NCBI GenBank assembly: GCA_035632095.1
Contig: DASQHM010000052.1
Span: 102 to 64,101 of the forward strand
Direction: 5' to 3'
DNA from: Candidatus Cybelea sp.
GTDB taxonomy: Bacteria > Pseudomonadota > Alphaproteobacteria > Ferrovibrionales > Ferrovibrionaceae
DNA length: 64,000 bases
Shown here: positions 55,997 through 64,000 of the stretch, one piece after another
How the letters are laid out: each line of letters begins with the position of its first letter
Position numbering within the stretch: position 1 is the first letter of the stretch
Program-made: the position numbers and the translations under genes
The notes under the pieces: generated by a model
The model's database searches: none
What the model saw: the letters and a program-made list of their open reading frames with translations, nothing else
What the model was told of the DNA's origin: nothing

Positions 55997-57117
55997 TTAC
56001 GCTCTCGCGCACCGACACGAGCATCGTCGGCCGCTGGTGGTGGACCGTCGATCGCTGGACTTTGGTCGCGCTCGGCGTGCTGATCGCCATCGGCGGGGTG
56101 TTGACCCTGGCGGCAAGTCCCGCCGTGGCCGCCCGCATTCACCTGGACCAATTCCATTTCGTCCGGCGGCAGGCGATCTTCCTGCTTCCGGCGCTCGGCC
56201 TGATGTTCGGCGTGTCGTTGCTGAGTCCGCTCTGGGTCCGCCGCCTGGCGACGCTCGGATTTGTAGCGTTCTTCGTGCTCATGCTGCTGACCCTGGTCGC
56301 CGGCAGCGAAATCAAGGGCGCACACCGCTGGCTGTATCTCGCCGGATTGAGCCTGCAGCCGTCCGAGTTCGTGAAACCGTGTTTCGCGGTATTGGCCGCT
56401 TGGATGTTCGCCGAGCAGCGCCGCAATCGCCGCTTCCCGGGGCAGGTACTGGCCATGGCGCTCTTCGTCTGCGTCATGGGCGTACTGCTGTTGCAGCCCG
56501 ATGTCGGCATGGCGCTTGTCGTCGCCGCCGTGTGGTTCGCGCAATTCTTTGTCGCCGGACTGCCGATGGCGCTGGTCGCGGCGTTCATCGTGCTCGGCGT
56601 CGCGGGCTTCGCCGGCGCCTATGCGCTGCTTCCCCATGTGGCGAGCCGCGTCGATCGCTTCCTCGACCCGACGGGCGGCGACAACTATCAGATCGAGCGC
56701 GCCATGCAGGCGTTCCACACCGGCGGGCTGTTCGGGCGCGGTCCGGGCGAAGGGTCGGTGAAATCGGTCCTGCCCGACGCCCATACGGATTTCATCTTTG
56801 CCGTCGCTGGCGAGGAATACGGCTTGTTCCTCGGCCTCGCCATCATCGCGATCTTCGCGTTCATCGTGCTGCGCTGCCTGGTTCGCATGCTGGAAGAGAA
56901 CAATCTCTTCGTCGTGCTGGCCGGCACCGGCCTGATCACGCAGTTCGGATTGCAGGCCGTCATCAACATCGGCGTCAACCTGCGCTTGATGCCGACCAAG
57001 GGGATGACGCTGCCGTTCATCTCCTACGGCGGATCGTCGCTGCTGGCGCTGGCTCTCGCCATGGGCATGCTCCTGGCGCTGACCCGAACGCGGCCGAGCA
57101 TCGGGGGCGAGGCATGA
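55993..57117 (+). CDS. ftsW: peptidoglycan glycosyltransferase FtsW (SEDS family)
   Basis: 374 aa with an ATGA overlap with murD. Polytopic. Motifs LQPSEFVKP, PDAHTDFIFAV and GMTLPFISYGGSS. Confidence 0.92.
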   Translation: MITLSRTDTSIVGRWWWTVDRWTLVALGVLIAIGGVLTLAASPAVAARIHLDQFHFVRRQAIFLLPALGLMFGVSLLSPLWVRRLATLGFVAFFVLMLLTLVAGSEIKGAHRWLYLAGLSLQPSEFVKPCFAVLAAWMFAEQRRNRRFPGQVLAMALFVCVMGVLLLQPDVGMALVVAAVWFAQFFVAGLPMALVAAFIVLGVAGFAGAYALLPHVASRVDRFLDPTGGDNYQIERAMQAFHTGGLFGRGPGEGSVKSVLPDAHTDFIFAVAGEEYGLFLGLAIIAIFAFIVLRCLVRMLEENNLFVVLAGTGLITQFGLQAVINIGVNLRLMPTKGMTLPFISYGGSSLLALALAMGMLLALTRTRPSIGGEA

Positions 57118-58253
57118 CCGGCGCGCCCATTGTCTTGACCGCGGGCGGAACCGGCGGGCATGTGTTCCCCGCGGTGGCATTGGCGGCCGAGCTGCGTCGG
57201 CGCGGCAGGCCATTGGTGCTCGTCACCGACCGGCGCGGCGCCGGCTATGAAGAGCGCTTTCCCGATACCGAGATCCACGCCGTGACGGCCGGCACGCCCT
57301 CCGGCCGCGGGCCGCTCGGCCGTATCGTCGCGATCGGCGAGATCGCCGCCGGCACCTGGGCCGCGCGCGGCTTGCTGAAACGCATACGTCCCGCCGCCGT
57401 GGTCGGCTTCGGCGGCTATCCGTCGCTTCCGGCGATGCTGGCGGCGACGCGTCTCGGATTGCCCACCATGCTGCACGAGCAGAACGCCGTGCTCGGCCGG
57501 GTCAATCGCCTGCTGGCTTCGCGCGTCGCGGCAATCGCCACGAGCTTCGCGGAAACCGCAGGCATCGCCGCCGGCGAACGGGGCAAGACAAGCCTGACCG
57601 GCAACCCGGTGCGCGAAGCGGTTGCGGCGGTGCGCGAATTGCCTTACTCGGCGCCGCAGCCCGGCGGTCCGATCCGCCTCCTGGTGCTTGGCGGCAGTCA
57701 GGGCGCCCGCATCCTGAGCGAGGTGATTCCTGCGGCGCTGATCCAATTGCCGCCGAACGTGCGCCAGCGCATCAGGCTCACGCAGCAATGCCGGCCCGAG
57801 GACTTGGAGCGGGTCAAGACGATCTATAGCGACAGCGGTGTCAGCGCCGACCTCACGACGTTCATTCAAGACGTTCCGGCGCTCCTGGCGTCGGTTCACC
57901 TCTGCATCACCCGCGCCGGCGCATCGACCGTGGCCGAGTTGGCGCTCGCCGGCCGGCCGGCGATCCTCGTTCCTTTCGCCGCCGCAACCGACGATCACCA
58001 GACCGCAAACGCCAAGTCGCTGGTCGCCGCCGGCGGCGCATGGCTCATGCCCGAGGCGAAGTTCAACGCCGCCTCGCTGCGGCAAACGCTCGAGACGCTG
58101 ATCGACGATGGCGCGGCGCTGGTCGAGATGGCGGCAGCGGCGCGGCAGTCCGGCCGGCCGAACGCAGCCGGGGCGCTGGCCGATCTCGTGGAGCGGTTGG
58201 CGCCGGCCGACGGCGCCAATCCGGCCGAGAATTCCGGGAGGGCCGCGGCATGA
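57114..58253 (+). CDS. murG: undecaprenyldiphospho-muramoylpentapeptide beta-N-acetylglucosaminyltransferase
   Basis: 379 aa with an ATGA overlap with ftsW. Motifs [11 protein letters not shown] and HEQN, with GT28 pattern. Confidence 0.93.
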   Translation: MTGAPIVLTAGGTGGHVFPAVALAAELRRRGRPLVLVTDRRGAGYEERFPDTEIHAVTAGTPSGRGPLGRIVAIGEIAAGTWAARGLLKRIRPAAVVGFGGYPSLPAMLAATRLGLPTMLHEQNAVLGRVNRLLASRVAAIATSFAETAGIAAGERGKTSLTGNPVREAVAAVRELPYSAPQPGGPIRLLVLGGSQGARILSEVIPAALIQLPPNVRQRIRLTQQCRPEDLERVKTIYSDSGVSADLTTFIQDVPALLASVHLCITRAGASTVAELALAGRPAILVPFAAATDDHQTANAKSLVAAGGAWLMPEAKFNAASLRQTLETLIDDGAALVEMAAAARQSGRPNAAGALADLVERLAPADGANPAENSGRAAA

Positions 58254-59683
58254 GAACGCTGCCCCTCGACATCGGCATCATTCACTTCGTCGGCATCGGC
58301 GGCATCGGCATGAGCGGCATCGCCGAGGTCATGCGCAATCTCGGCTATACCGTCCAGGGCTCCGACCTGACCGCGAACGCCAACGTCAAACGCCTGCAGG
58401 ACCTCGGCATCAAGGTTTCCGTCGGCCACGCGGCGGAGAACATCGGCGACGCGCAGGTGCTGGTCGTCTCCTCGGCGGTGAAGCCGGACAATCCGGAGGT
58501 TCGCGCGGCGCGCGAGCGCCTGATTCCGGTGGTGCGGCGGGCCGAAATGCTCGGCGAGCTGATGCGCCTGAAATGGTCGGTCGCCGTCGGCGGCACGCAC
58601 GGCAAGACCACGACCACGTCGATGGTGGCGGCGCTGTTCGAGACCGCCGGCCTCGACCCGACCGTGATCAATGGCGGCATCATCAACGCCTACGGCACGA
58701 ACGCGCGCCTCGGAACCGGCGACTGGATGGTGGTCGAGGCGGACGAGAGCGACGGCACCTTCGTCAAGCTTCCCGCGACCATCGCCGTTGTCACCAACAT
58801 CGATCCCGAGCACTTGGATTTCTACAAGACCTTCGATGCTGTGCGGGCGGCGTTCCAGACCTTCGTGGAGAACATCCCGTTCTACGGTTTCGCCGCGCTT
58901 TGCCTCGATCACGGCGAAGTGCAGGCCATGGTCGGCCGCATCTCCGACCGGCGCATCGTCACCTATGGCTTTTCTCCGCAGGCCGACGTGCGCGGCGTCA
59001 ACGTGCGCTTCGCTGAGGGCGGCTCGAAATTCGACGTGATCCTGACCGATCGCGTGACCGGCGCCCAGCGCACCATCGCCGATCTGCGCCTGCCCATGCC
59101 GGGCCAGCACAACGTGCAGAATTCGCTGGTCACGGCCGCCATCGCGCGCGAAATGGGTTTCGACGACGACGTGCTGCGCCGCACGCTCGCCGGGTTCAAA
59201 GGCGTCAAGCGGCGTTTCACCAGGACCGGCGAAGTCGGCGGCGTGACGATCATCGACGACTACGGTCATCACCCGGTCGAAATCGCCGCCGTGCTCTCCG
59301 CGGCGCGGCAGGCCTATTCGGGGCGGGTGATCGCGGTCGTGCAGCCGCATCGCTACACGCGCTTGCACGATCTGTTCGAGGAATTCTGCACCTGCTTCAA
59401 CGAAGCCGACACTGTGATCGTGGCGGAAGTCTATGCCGCGGGCGAAGCGCCCATCGACGGCGTGAATCGCGACGCGCTTGTCGCAGGCCTGCAAGGCCAC
59501 GGCCATCGTCATGTGCTGGCATTGCACGATCCGGCGCTGCTGGCCGGCCTGATCAATGACATGGCGCAGCCGGGCGACCTGGTCGTGTGCCTCGGAGCGG
59601 GCTCGATCACCAATTGGGCCAACACACTGCCCGCGGAATTGGCGGCGCTGAAGAGCCGGCCGGCGAGGGAGGCGCGCAAATGA
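58250..59683 (+). CDS. murC: UDP-N-acetylmuramate--L-alanine ligase
   Basis: 477 aa with an ATGA overlap with murG. Motifs [16 protein letters not shown] and [12 protein letters not shown]. Confidence 0.94.
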   Translation: MRTLPLDIGIIHFVGIGGIGMSGIAEVMRNLGYTVQGSDLTANANVKRLQDLGIKVSVGHAAENIGDAQVLVVSSAVKPDNPEVRAARERLIPVVRRAEMLGELMRLKWSVAVGGTHGKTTTTSMVAALFETAGLDPTVINGGIINAYGTNARLGTGDWMVVEADESDGTFVKLPATIAVVTNIDPEHLDFYKTFDAVRAAFQTFVENIPFYGFAALCLDHGEVQAMVGRISDRRIVTYGFSPQADVRGVNVRFAEGGSKFDVILTDRVTGAQRTIADLRLPMPGQHNVQNSLVTAAIAREMGFDDDVLRRTLAGFKGVKRRFTRTGEVGGVTIIDDYGHHPVEIAAVLSAARQAYSGRVIAVVQPHRYTRLHDLFEEFCTCFNEADTVIVAEVYAAGEAPIDGVNRDALVAGLQGHGHRHVLALHDPALLAGLINDMAQPGDLVVCLGAGSITNWANTLPAELAALKSRPAREARK

Positions 59684-60630
59684 TGGCAGCGCCCATCCGC
59701 CGCGTGCGGCTCGTCGAACGCCTGCCGAAAGTGCGCGGCCGGTATCAGGAGAACGTGGCCCTGTCGGGCGTGACCTGGTTCCGCGTCGGCGGTTTGGCCG
59801 ACGTGGTCTTCCGGCCGGCCGACGCCGACGACCTCGCCGATTTCATGAAGCAGCGTCCCGTTGGCGTGCCTCTGACGGTGATCGGCGTCGGTTCGAATCT
59901 TTTGGTTCGCGACGGCGGCATACCCGGCGTGACCATCCGCCTCGGCCGCGGCTTCGCCGAAGTAAAGCCGGAGGGGACGATTGTCGCCGCAGGCGCCGGC
60001 GCTCCCGATATCAACGTCGCCCTGACCTGCCGCGACGCCGGTATCGCCGGCCTGGAATTCCTGCGCGGCATTCCGGGTACCATCGGGGGCGCGCTCCGCA
60101 TGAACGCGGGCGCCTACGGCTCGGAGATCAAGGACGTCCTCATCGACGCCGAAGCCGTGAGCGTGAGAGGCGAGCGCAGGCGCTTCGCCCTCAAGGAACT
60201 CGGCCTGTCCTACCGCCATTGCGGCCTCGGCGAAGATTGGATCTTTGCCTCCGCCAGGCTCCAGGGCCGCGCCGGCGACCCCGCGGAGATCGGCGCGCGC
60301 ATGGAAGAGATCAGTCAGGCGCGCGAGGCGACGCAACCGGTCCGCACGCGCACCGGCGGCTCGACCTTCGCCAATCCTTCGGACCCGCGGGCCAAGGGCC
60401 TAAAGGCCTGGGAGCTGATCGACCGCGCCGGCTGCCGCGGCCTCACCCTCGGCGGCGCCCAGGTGTCGTCGCTCCACTGCAACTTCCTGATCAATACCGG
60501 CGAGGCCACCGCCGAGGACCTCGAGGCCCTGGGCGAAGAAGTGCGCCGGCGTGTGCGCGAGCAATTCGGCGTCGAGCTCGAATGGGAAATCCGCCGCATC
60601 GGCGTCAAGCGCGATGAGGCCATGTCGTGA
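59680..60630 (+). CDS. murB: UDP-N-acetylenolpyruvoylglucosamine reductase
   Basis: 316 aa with an ATGA overlap with murC. FAD-binding PCMH pattern ([32 protein letters not shown]). Confidence 0.92.
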   Translation: MMAAPIRRVRLVERLPKVRGRYQENVALSGVTWFRVGGLADVVFRPADADDLADFMKQRPVGVPLTVIGVGSNLLVRDGGIPGVTIRLGRGFAEVKPEGTIVAAGAGAPDINVALTCRDAGIAGLEFLRGIPGTIGGALRMNAGAYGSEIKDVLIDAEAVSVRGERRRFALKELGLSYRHCGLGEDWIFASARLQGRAGDPAEIGARMEEISQAREATQPVRTRTGGSTFANPSDPRAKGLKAWELIDRAGCRGLTLGGAQVSSLHCNFLINTGEATAEDLEALGEEVRRRVREQFGVELEWEIRRIGVKRDEAMS

Positions 60631-61541
60631 CCAAGCACGTGGCGGTCCTGATGGGCGGATGGTCGGCGGAGCGCGAAGTCTCGCTGGTGAGCGGTGCCGC
60701 CGCCGCCGAGGCGCTGCGCGAAAAGAACTACAAGGTCACCACCATCGACGTTGGCCGCAACATCGCCGAAGTGCTGAGCCGGGTTCGGCCCGATGTGGTG
60801 TTCAACGCGCTGCATGGCCGTTACGGCGAGGACGGCACGGTGCAGGGCATGCTCGAGCTGCTCGGCCTGCCCTATACGCATTCCGGCGTTTTGGCGTCGG
60901 CCTTGGCGATGGACAAGCCCATCGCGCGCCGCCTGTTCAAGGACGCCGGCCTCAACATCGCCGACGGCGCCGTCATGACGCGCCAGCAGATCATGTCGGG
61001 CCGTTTGCCGCCGAAACCCTATGTCATCAAGCCGATCAACGAAGGTTCGTCCGTCGGTGTCCGCGTCGTGCTCGAGAACGACAACTTCACGCCGGCGGAC
61101 GACATGAATTGGTCCTACGGCGACACGGTGCTGGTGGAGCGCTACATCCCGGGCCACGAGATTCATGTGGCGGTCATGGGCGAGCGAGCGCTCGGCGCCG
61201 TCGAAATCCGACCCAAGGGCCGTTTCTACGACTACGAGGCCAAGTACACCCAAGGCAAAGCCGACCATCTGATGCCTGCGCCGCTGCCGGCCGATTCCTA
61301 TGCGGAAGCGTTGCGGGTCGGATTGGCGGCCCATCGCACCCTCGGCTGCCGCGGCGTTTCGCGCACCGATCTGCGATACGACGACACCAAAGGCGAACCG
61401 GGGCGCTTCTTCGTGCTCGAGGTGAACACCCAGCCGGGCATGACGCCACTCTCGCTGGTGCCGGAAATCGCCCGCCATCAGGGTATTGCGTTTCCCGAAC
61501 TGGTCGCATGGATGGTGGAGGACGCCTCATGCGAGCGCTGA
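60627..61541 (+). CDS. ddl: D-alanine--D-alanine ligase
   Basis: 304 aa from a GTG at 60627 (GTGA overlap with murB). ATP-grasp pattern (VAVLMGGWSAEREVS, HGRYGEDGTVQG, EVNTQPGMT). Confidence 0.93.
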   Translation: MTKHVAVLMGGWSAEREVSLVSGAAAAEALREKNYKVTTIDVGRNIAEVLSRVRPDVVFNALHGRYGEDGTVQGMLELLGLPYTHSGVLASALAMDKPIARRLFKDAGLNIADGAVMTRQQIMSGRLPPKPYVIKPINEGSSVGVRVVLENDNFTPADDMNWSYGDTVLVERYIPGHEIHVAVMGERALGAVEIRPKGRFYDYEAKYTQGKADHLMPAPLPADSYAEALRVGLAAHRTLGCRGVSRTDLRYDDTKGEPGRFFVLEVNTQPGMTPLSLVPEIARHQGIAFPELVAWMVEDASCER

Positions 61542-62524
61542 GGATCAGTGCGGCCGAGCGGCCGGCGCCCAATCCGCACGCACGGCCGAGACCGTTTTCT
61601 GGTGCGGAAGAAATCGCCGGGGGCATGCGCCTGTTTTCCTGGCTTCGGTTCTTCCGCCGCAAAGGCGATGTTCCCTCGATGGCAGCGCAACGCCGCCGCG
61701 CGACGGCGCGGCGAAAGCCGCAGCCCCCGTGGGTCAAGCCCACAGTGATCGCCGCATTGCTCGCGGGATGCGTCGCATTGGCGACAGCGGGCGGCTGGTG
61801 GCTCTGGCGGACCAGCGGATTCGATCGCGCTTTCGTGGCGCTGAACCGGACGGCGGTGGTGGTGATGGCGGCCGGCGGGCTGACCGTGCAGGAGATCGAC
61901 GTGGAAGGCCGCAACGCGACCACGCCAGATCAATTGCTGTTGGCGGTCGGAATTCGCCGCGGCGATCCGATCCTGTTGTTCGATGCCGATGCGGCGCGCG
62001 AGCGGATCGAACAGATCGGCTGGGTCAAGAGCGCGACCGTGCAGCGGATCCTGCCGAGCACGATCCTGCTTCGGATCGTCGAGCGCCGGCCCATGGCGCG
62101 CTGGCAGATCGACGGCCACACCGTGCTGATCGATCACGACGGCAAAGTGCTGGATGAAGGCGATCCGGCCGATTTCCGCGAGCTCCGCCGCGTCGTCGGC
62201 CCCGGTGCCGCCGATCACGCAAGCGAGCTCTTCGACATGCTGGCGGGCGAACCGTTGCTGTTTTCGCGGGTGCGCGACGCGGTGCGCGTGCGCGACCGCC
62301 GCTGGGATCTGACGCTCGACGACAACGTGAAGGTCCAGTTGCCCGAACAGAACGCCGAGGTGGCGTGGCGGCACCTCGCGATCATGGAACGCGAACAGCA
62401 CATCCTCGAAAAGGCGATCGAGGTCGTCGACTTGCGTTTGCCGGATCGCACGGTCGTGCGGCTTACGCCGGATGCGGCGGCGGCGCGGCGGCCGGCGCCC
62501 AAGGTTGCGGGCAATCCGACATGA
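61529..62524 (+). CDS. ftsQ: cell division protein FtsQ
   Basis: Up to 331 aa from the ATG at 61529 (13-nt overlap with ddl). Arg-rich cytoplasmic N-terminus, one TM helix (VIAALLAGCVALATAGGWWLW), then a POTRA-like region (VQEIDVEGRNATTPDQLL). The start is uncertain, with internal Met alternatives. Confidence 0.85.
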   Translation: MRALRISAAERPAPNPHARPRPFSGAEEIAGGMRLFSWLRFFRRKGDVPSMAAQRRRATARRKPQPPWVKPTVIAALLAGCVALATAGGWWLWRTSGFDRAFVALNRTAVVVMAAGGLTVQEIDVEGRNATTPDQLLLAVGIRRGDPILLFDADAARERIEQIGWVKSATVQRILPSTILLRIVERRPMARWQIDGHTVLIDHDGKVLDEGDPADFRELRRVVGPGAADHASELFDMLAGEPLLFSRVRDAVRVRDRRWDLTLDDNVKVQLPEQNAEVAWRHLAIMEREQHILEKAIEVVDLRLPDRTVVRLTPDAAAARRPAPKVAGNPT

Positions 62525-62564
62525 GGCGGAAGCGGGGAACGAAGCGCGTGGAGAAGAGGGGCGT

Positions 62565-63806
62565 ATGGCGGTAGGGCGGCACGGGTTTATTGCCGGGTTG
62601 GACGTCGGCACGACGAAAGTCTGCTGCTTCGTGGCGCGCATCGACGGGGGCGGCGTGCGCGTGGTCGGGATCGGGCATCAAGTATCGAGAGGCATGCGCT
62701 CCGGCGCCGTGGTCGACATGGAGGCGGTGGAAGCATCCATTCGCGCCGCCGTCGATACCGCCGAACGCATGGCGGGCGAAACGGTCCGCGAAGCTTACGT
62801 GGGATTTTCCGGCGGCCAGCCCGCCTCGCACACGGTCGGCGTCGAAGTGGCTATCGCAGGCCACCAGGTCGGCGAGAGCGACGTGAGCCGGGTGCTCGAT
62901 CAGGGGCGCAGCCGCAACGAGCCGGGCGAACGGCAGGTCGTGCACGCAATTCCGGTCGGCTACACCATCGACGGCAGCCGCGGCATCCGCGATCCGCGCG
63001 GCATGCACGGCGAGCGCCTCGGCGTCAACATGCACGTGGTGACCGCCGCCGCCGGGCCGCTGCGCAATCTCGCGACATGCGTGGAGCGCTGCCACCTGAA
63101 GATCGCCGGCGTGGTCGTCTCGCCCTATGCCAGCGGACTGGCTTGCCTGGTCGAAGACGAAATGGACCTTGGCGTGACGCTGGTCGACATGGGCGGCGGG
63201 ACGACGTCGCTTGCGGTCTTCTACGACGGCGCACTGGTGTTCGCCGACGTGATCCCGATCGGCGGCGCGCATGTGACGAACGACATAGCGCGCGGCCTTT
63301 CGACGCCGACCGCCCATGCCGAACGCATGAAGACGCTTTACGGCGGCGCGATTGCCGGCAGCGGCGATCACGGCGAAATCATCGACGTGCCGCGCGTCGG
63401 CGAAACGGAGCACCACAGTCCCAATCACGTGCCGCGCTCCATGCTGGTCGGCATCGTCCGGCCGCGCGTCGAGGAGACGCTTGAACTGGTCCGCGACCGG
63501 CTGACCCGCTCGGGCGTCGAACATCTCGCCGGCCGCCGCGTCGTGCTCTGCGGCGGCGCCAGCCAGCTCCAAGGAATGCGCGAGCTGGCGCAGCGCGTTC
63601 TCGACAAGCAAGTGCGCATGGGTCGGCCGATCCGCGTCGGCGGCTTGGCGGAGGCCACCGGCGGCCCGGCTTTCGCGGCCTGCGCCGGACTTTTGACTTA
63701 CGCGCTCCGCGCTCGTGCGGAGGCGGTGGACGGCATGAGCGAACCCGATGAGGCGCCAAGCGGGCGCTTCGCTCGCCTCGGCCAATGGCTGAGGGCCAAC
63801 TTTTGA
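62565..63806 (+). CDS. ftsA: cell division protein FtsA
   Basis: 413 aa from the ATG at 62565. Actin-like fold (GLDVGTTKVCCFVA, VDMGGGTTSLAVF) and a C-terminal amphipathic helix (FARLGQWLRANF). Confidence 0.93.
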   Translation: MAVGRHGFIAGLDVGTTKVCCFVARIDGGGVRVVGIGHQVSRGMRSGAVVDMEAVEASIRAAVDTAERMAGETVREAYVGFSGGQPASHTVGVEVAIAGHQVGESDVSRVLDQGRSRNEPGERQVVHAIPVGYTIDGSRGIRDPRGMHGERLGVNMHVVTAAAGPLRNLATCVERCHLKIAGVVVSPYASGLACLVEDEMDLGVTLVDMGGGTTSLAVFYDGALVFADVIPIGGAHVTNDIARGLSTPTAHAERMKTLYGGAIAGSGDHGEIIDVPRVGETEHHSPNHVPRSMLVGIVRPRVEETLELVRDRLTRSGVEHLAGRRVVLCGGASQLQGMRELAQRVLDKQVRMGRPIRVGGLAEATGGPAFAACAGLLTYALRARAEAVDGMSEPDEAPSGRFARLGQWLRANF

Positions 63807-63918
63807 GTGGCGTACGCCGATATCGGTCCCTGCGGGTGGGGCCGGAGCCTAGCCGGGGAGATCCGGTCGGCGTGCGCTTGAGTGAACGGCGTAATTCGAA
63901 CCTTGGAGGTGATCGAAC

Positions 63919-64000
63919 ATGAGTATCAATCTGTCCATTCCGGCTACAAAGGAACTAAAGCCGCGCATCGTCGTGTTCGGCGTTGGCGGCGCCGGCGGCA
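63919..64000 (+). CDS. ftsZ: cell division protein FtsZ, 5' fragment truncated by the window end
   Basis: ATG at 63919 preceded by GGAGGTGATCGAAC. Translation MSINLSIPATKELKPRIVVFGVGGAGG matches the FtsZ N-terminal GGAGG(N) tubulin signature. Absent from the ORF track because there is no stop in the window. Confidence 0.88.
   Translation, partial: MSINLSIPATKELKPRIVVFGVGGAGG

Noticed and set aside
63807-63918. CtrA (TTAA-N7-TTAA) or DnaA boxes in the ftsA-ftsZ spacer. The rnpB-mraZ spacer was examined for the same elements.
   Set aside because: No TTAA-N7-TTAA or TTATCCACA-like element was found by eye in either spacer.

Overview
High-GC, densely coding chromosomal segment that looks like an alphaproteobacterium (Rhizobiales-like synteny). 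I found no rRNA, tRNA, CRISPR, transposase, integrase or phage or defence signature, so this reads as core genome rather than an accessory island.

Left third (1-20 kb):
- A Rieske oxygenase operon (alpha, beta, isochorismatase-like hydrolase, SDR), divergent from a dienelactone-hydrolase fusion protein.
- A CoA-thioester neighbourhood: orphan carboxyltransferase, mini-GNAT, acyl-CoA dehydrogenase, CoA-type NUDIX, fatty-acid-CoA ligase.
- prfC, egtB-egtD (ergothioneine), putA, an atypical PhyR-like protein and a crotonase.

Middle (20-46 kb):
- phoR, then phoU-phoB with a Pho-box-like repeat.
- An MlaC-like protein.
- A SahR-like regulator coupled to metF-metH.
- DUF2167 and a two-subunit molybdenum hydroxylase.
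- A string of small redox enzymes and a transporter.
- corA, an orphan LivK-like binding protein, a 1217-aa fused oxoprolinase/hydantoinase, and an AmpD-like amidase.

Right third (46-64 kb): RNase P RNA (rnpB), followed immediately by a complete, tightly coupled dcw cluster: mraZ-rsmH-ftsL-ftsI-murE-murF-mraY-murD-ftsW-murG-murC-murB-ddl-ftsQ-ftsA-ftsZ (ftsZ is truncated by the window end).

I did not find a clear-cut novel multi-gene system. The most unusual observations are:
1. A PhyR paralog in which every canonical phosphorylation residue of the receiver is substituted (acceptor Asp->Glu).
2. A sharply AT-rich, rare-codon patch inside the conserved core of mraY.
3. An HTH / proline-rich / coiled-coil protein placed directly ahead of an acyl-CoA dehydrogenase.
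4. A Rieske operon with no electron-transfer partners and a Cys-less isochorismatase-family member.
5. Four phased TGGG(A/C) repeats upstream of mraZ.

All calls rest on reading the translated ORFs and motifs by eye. No database search was run.
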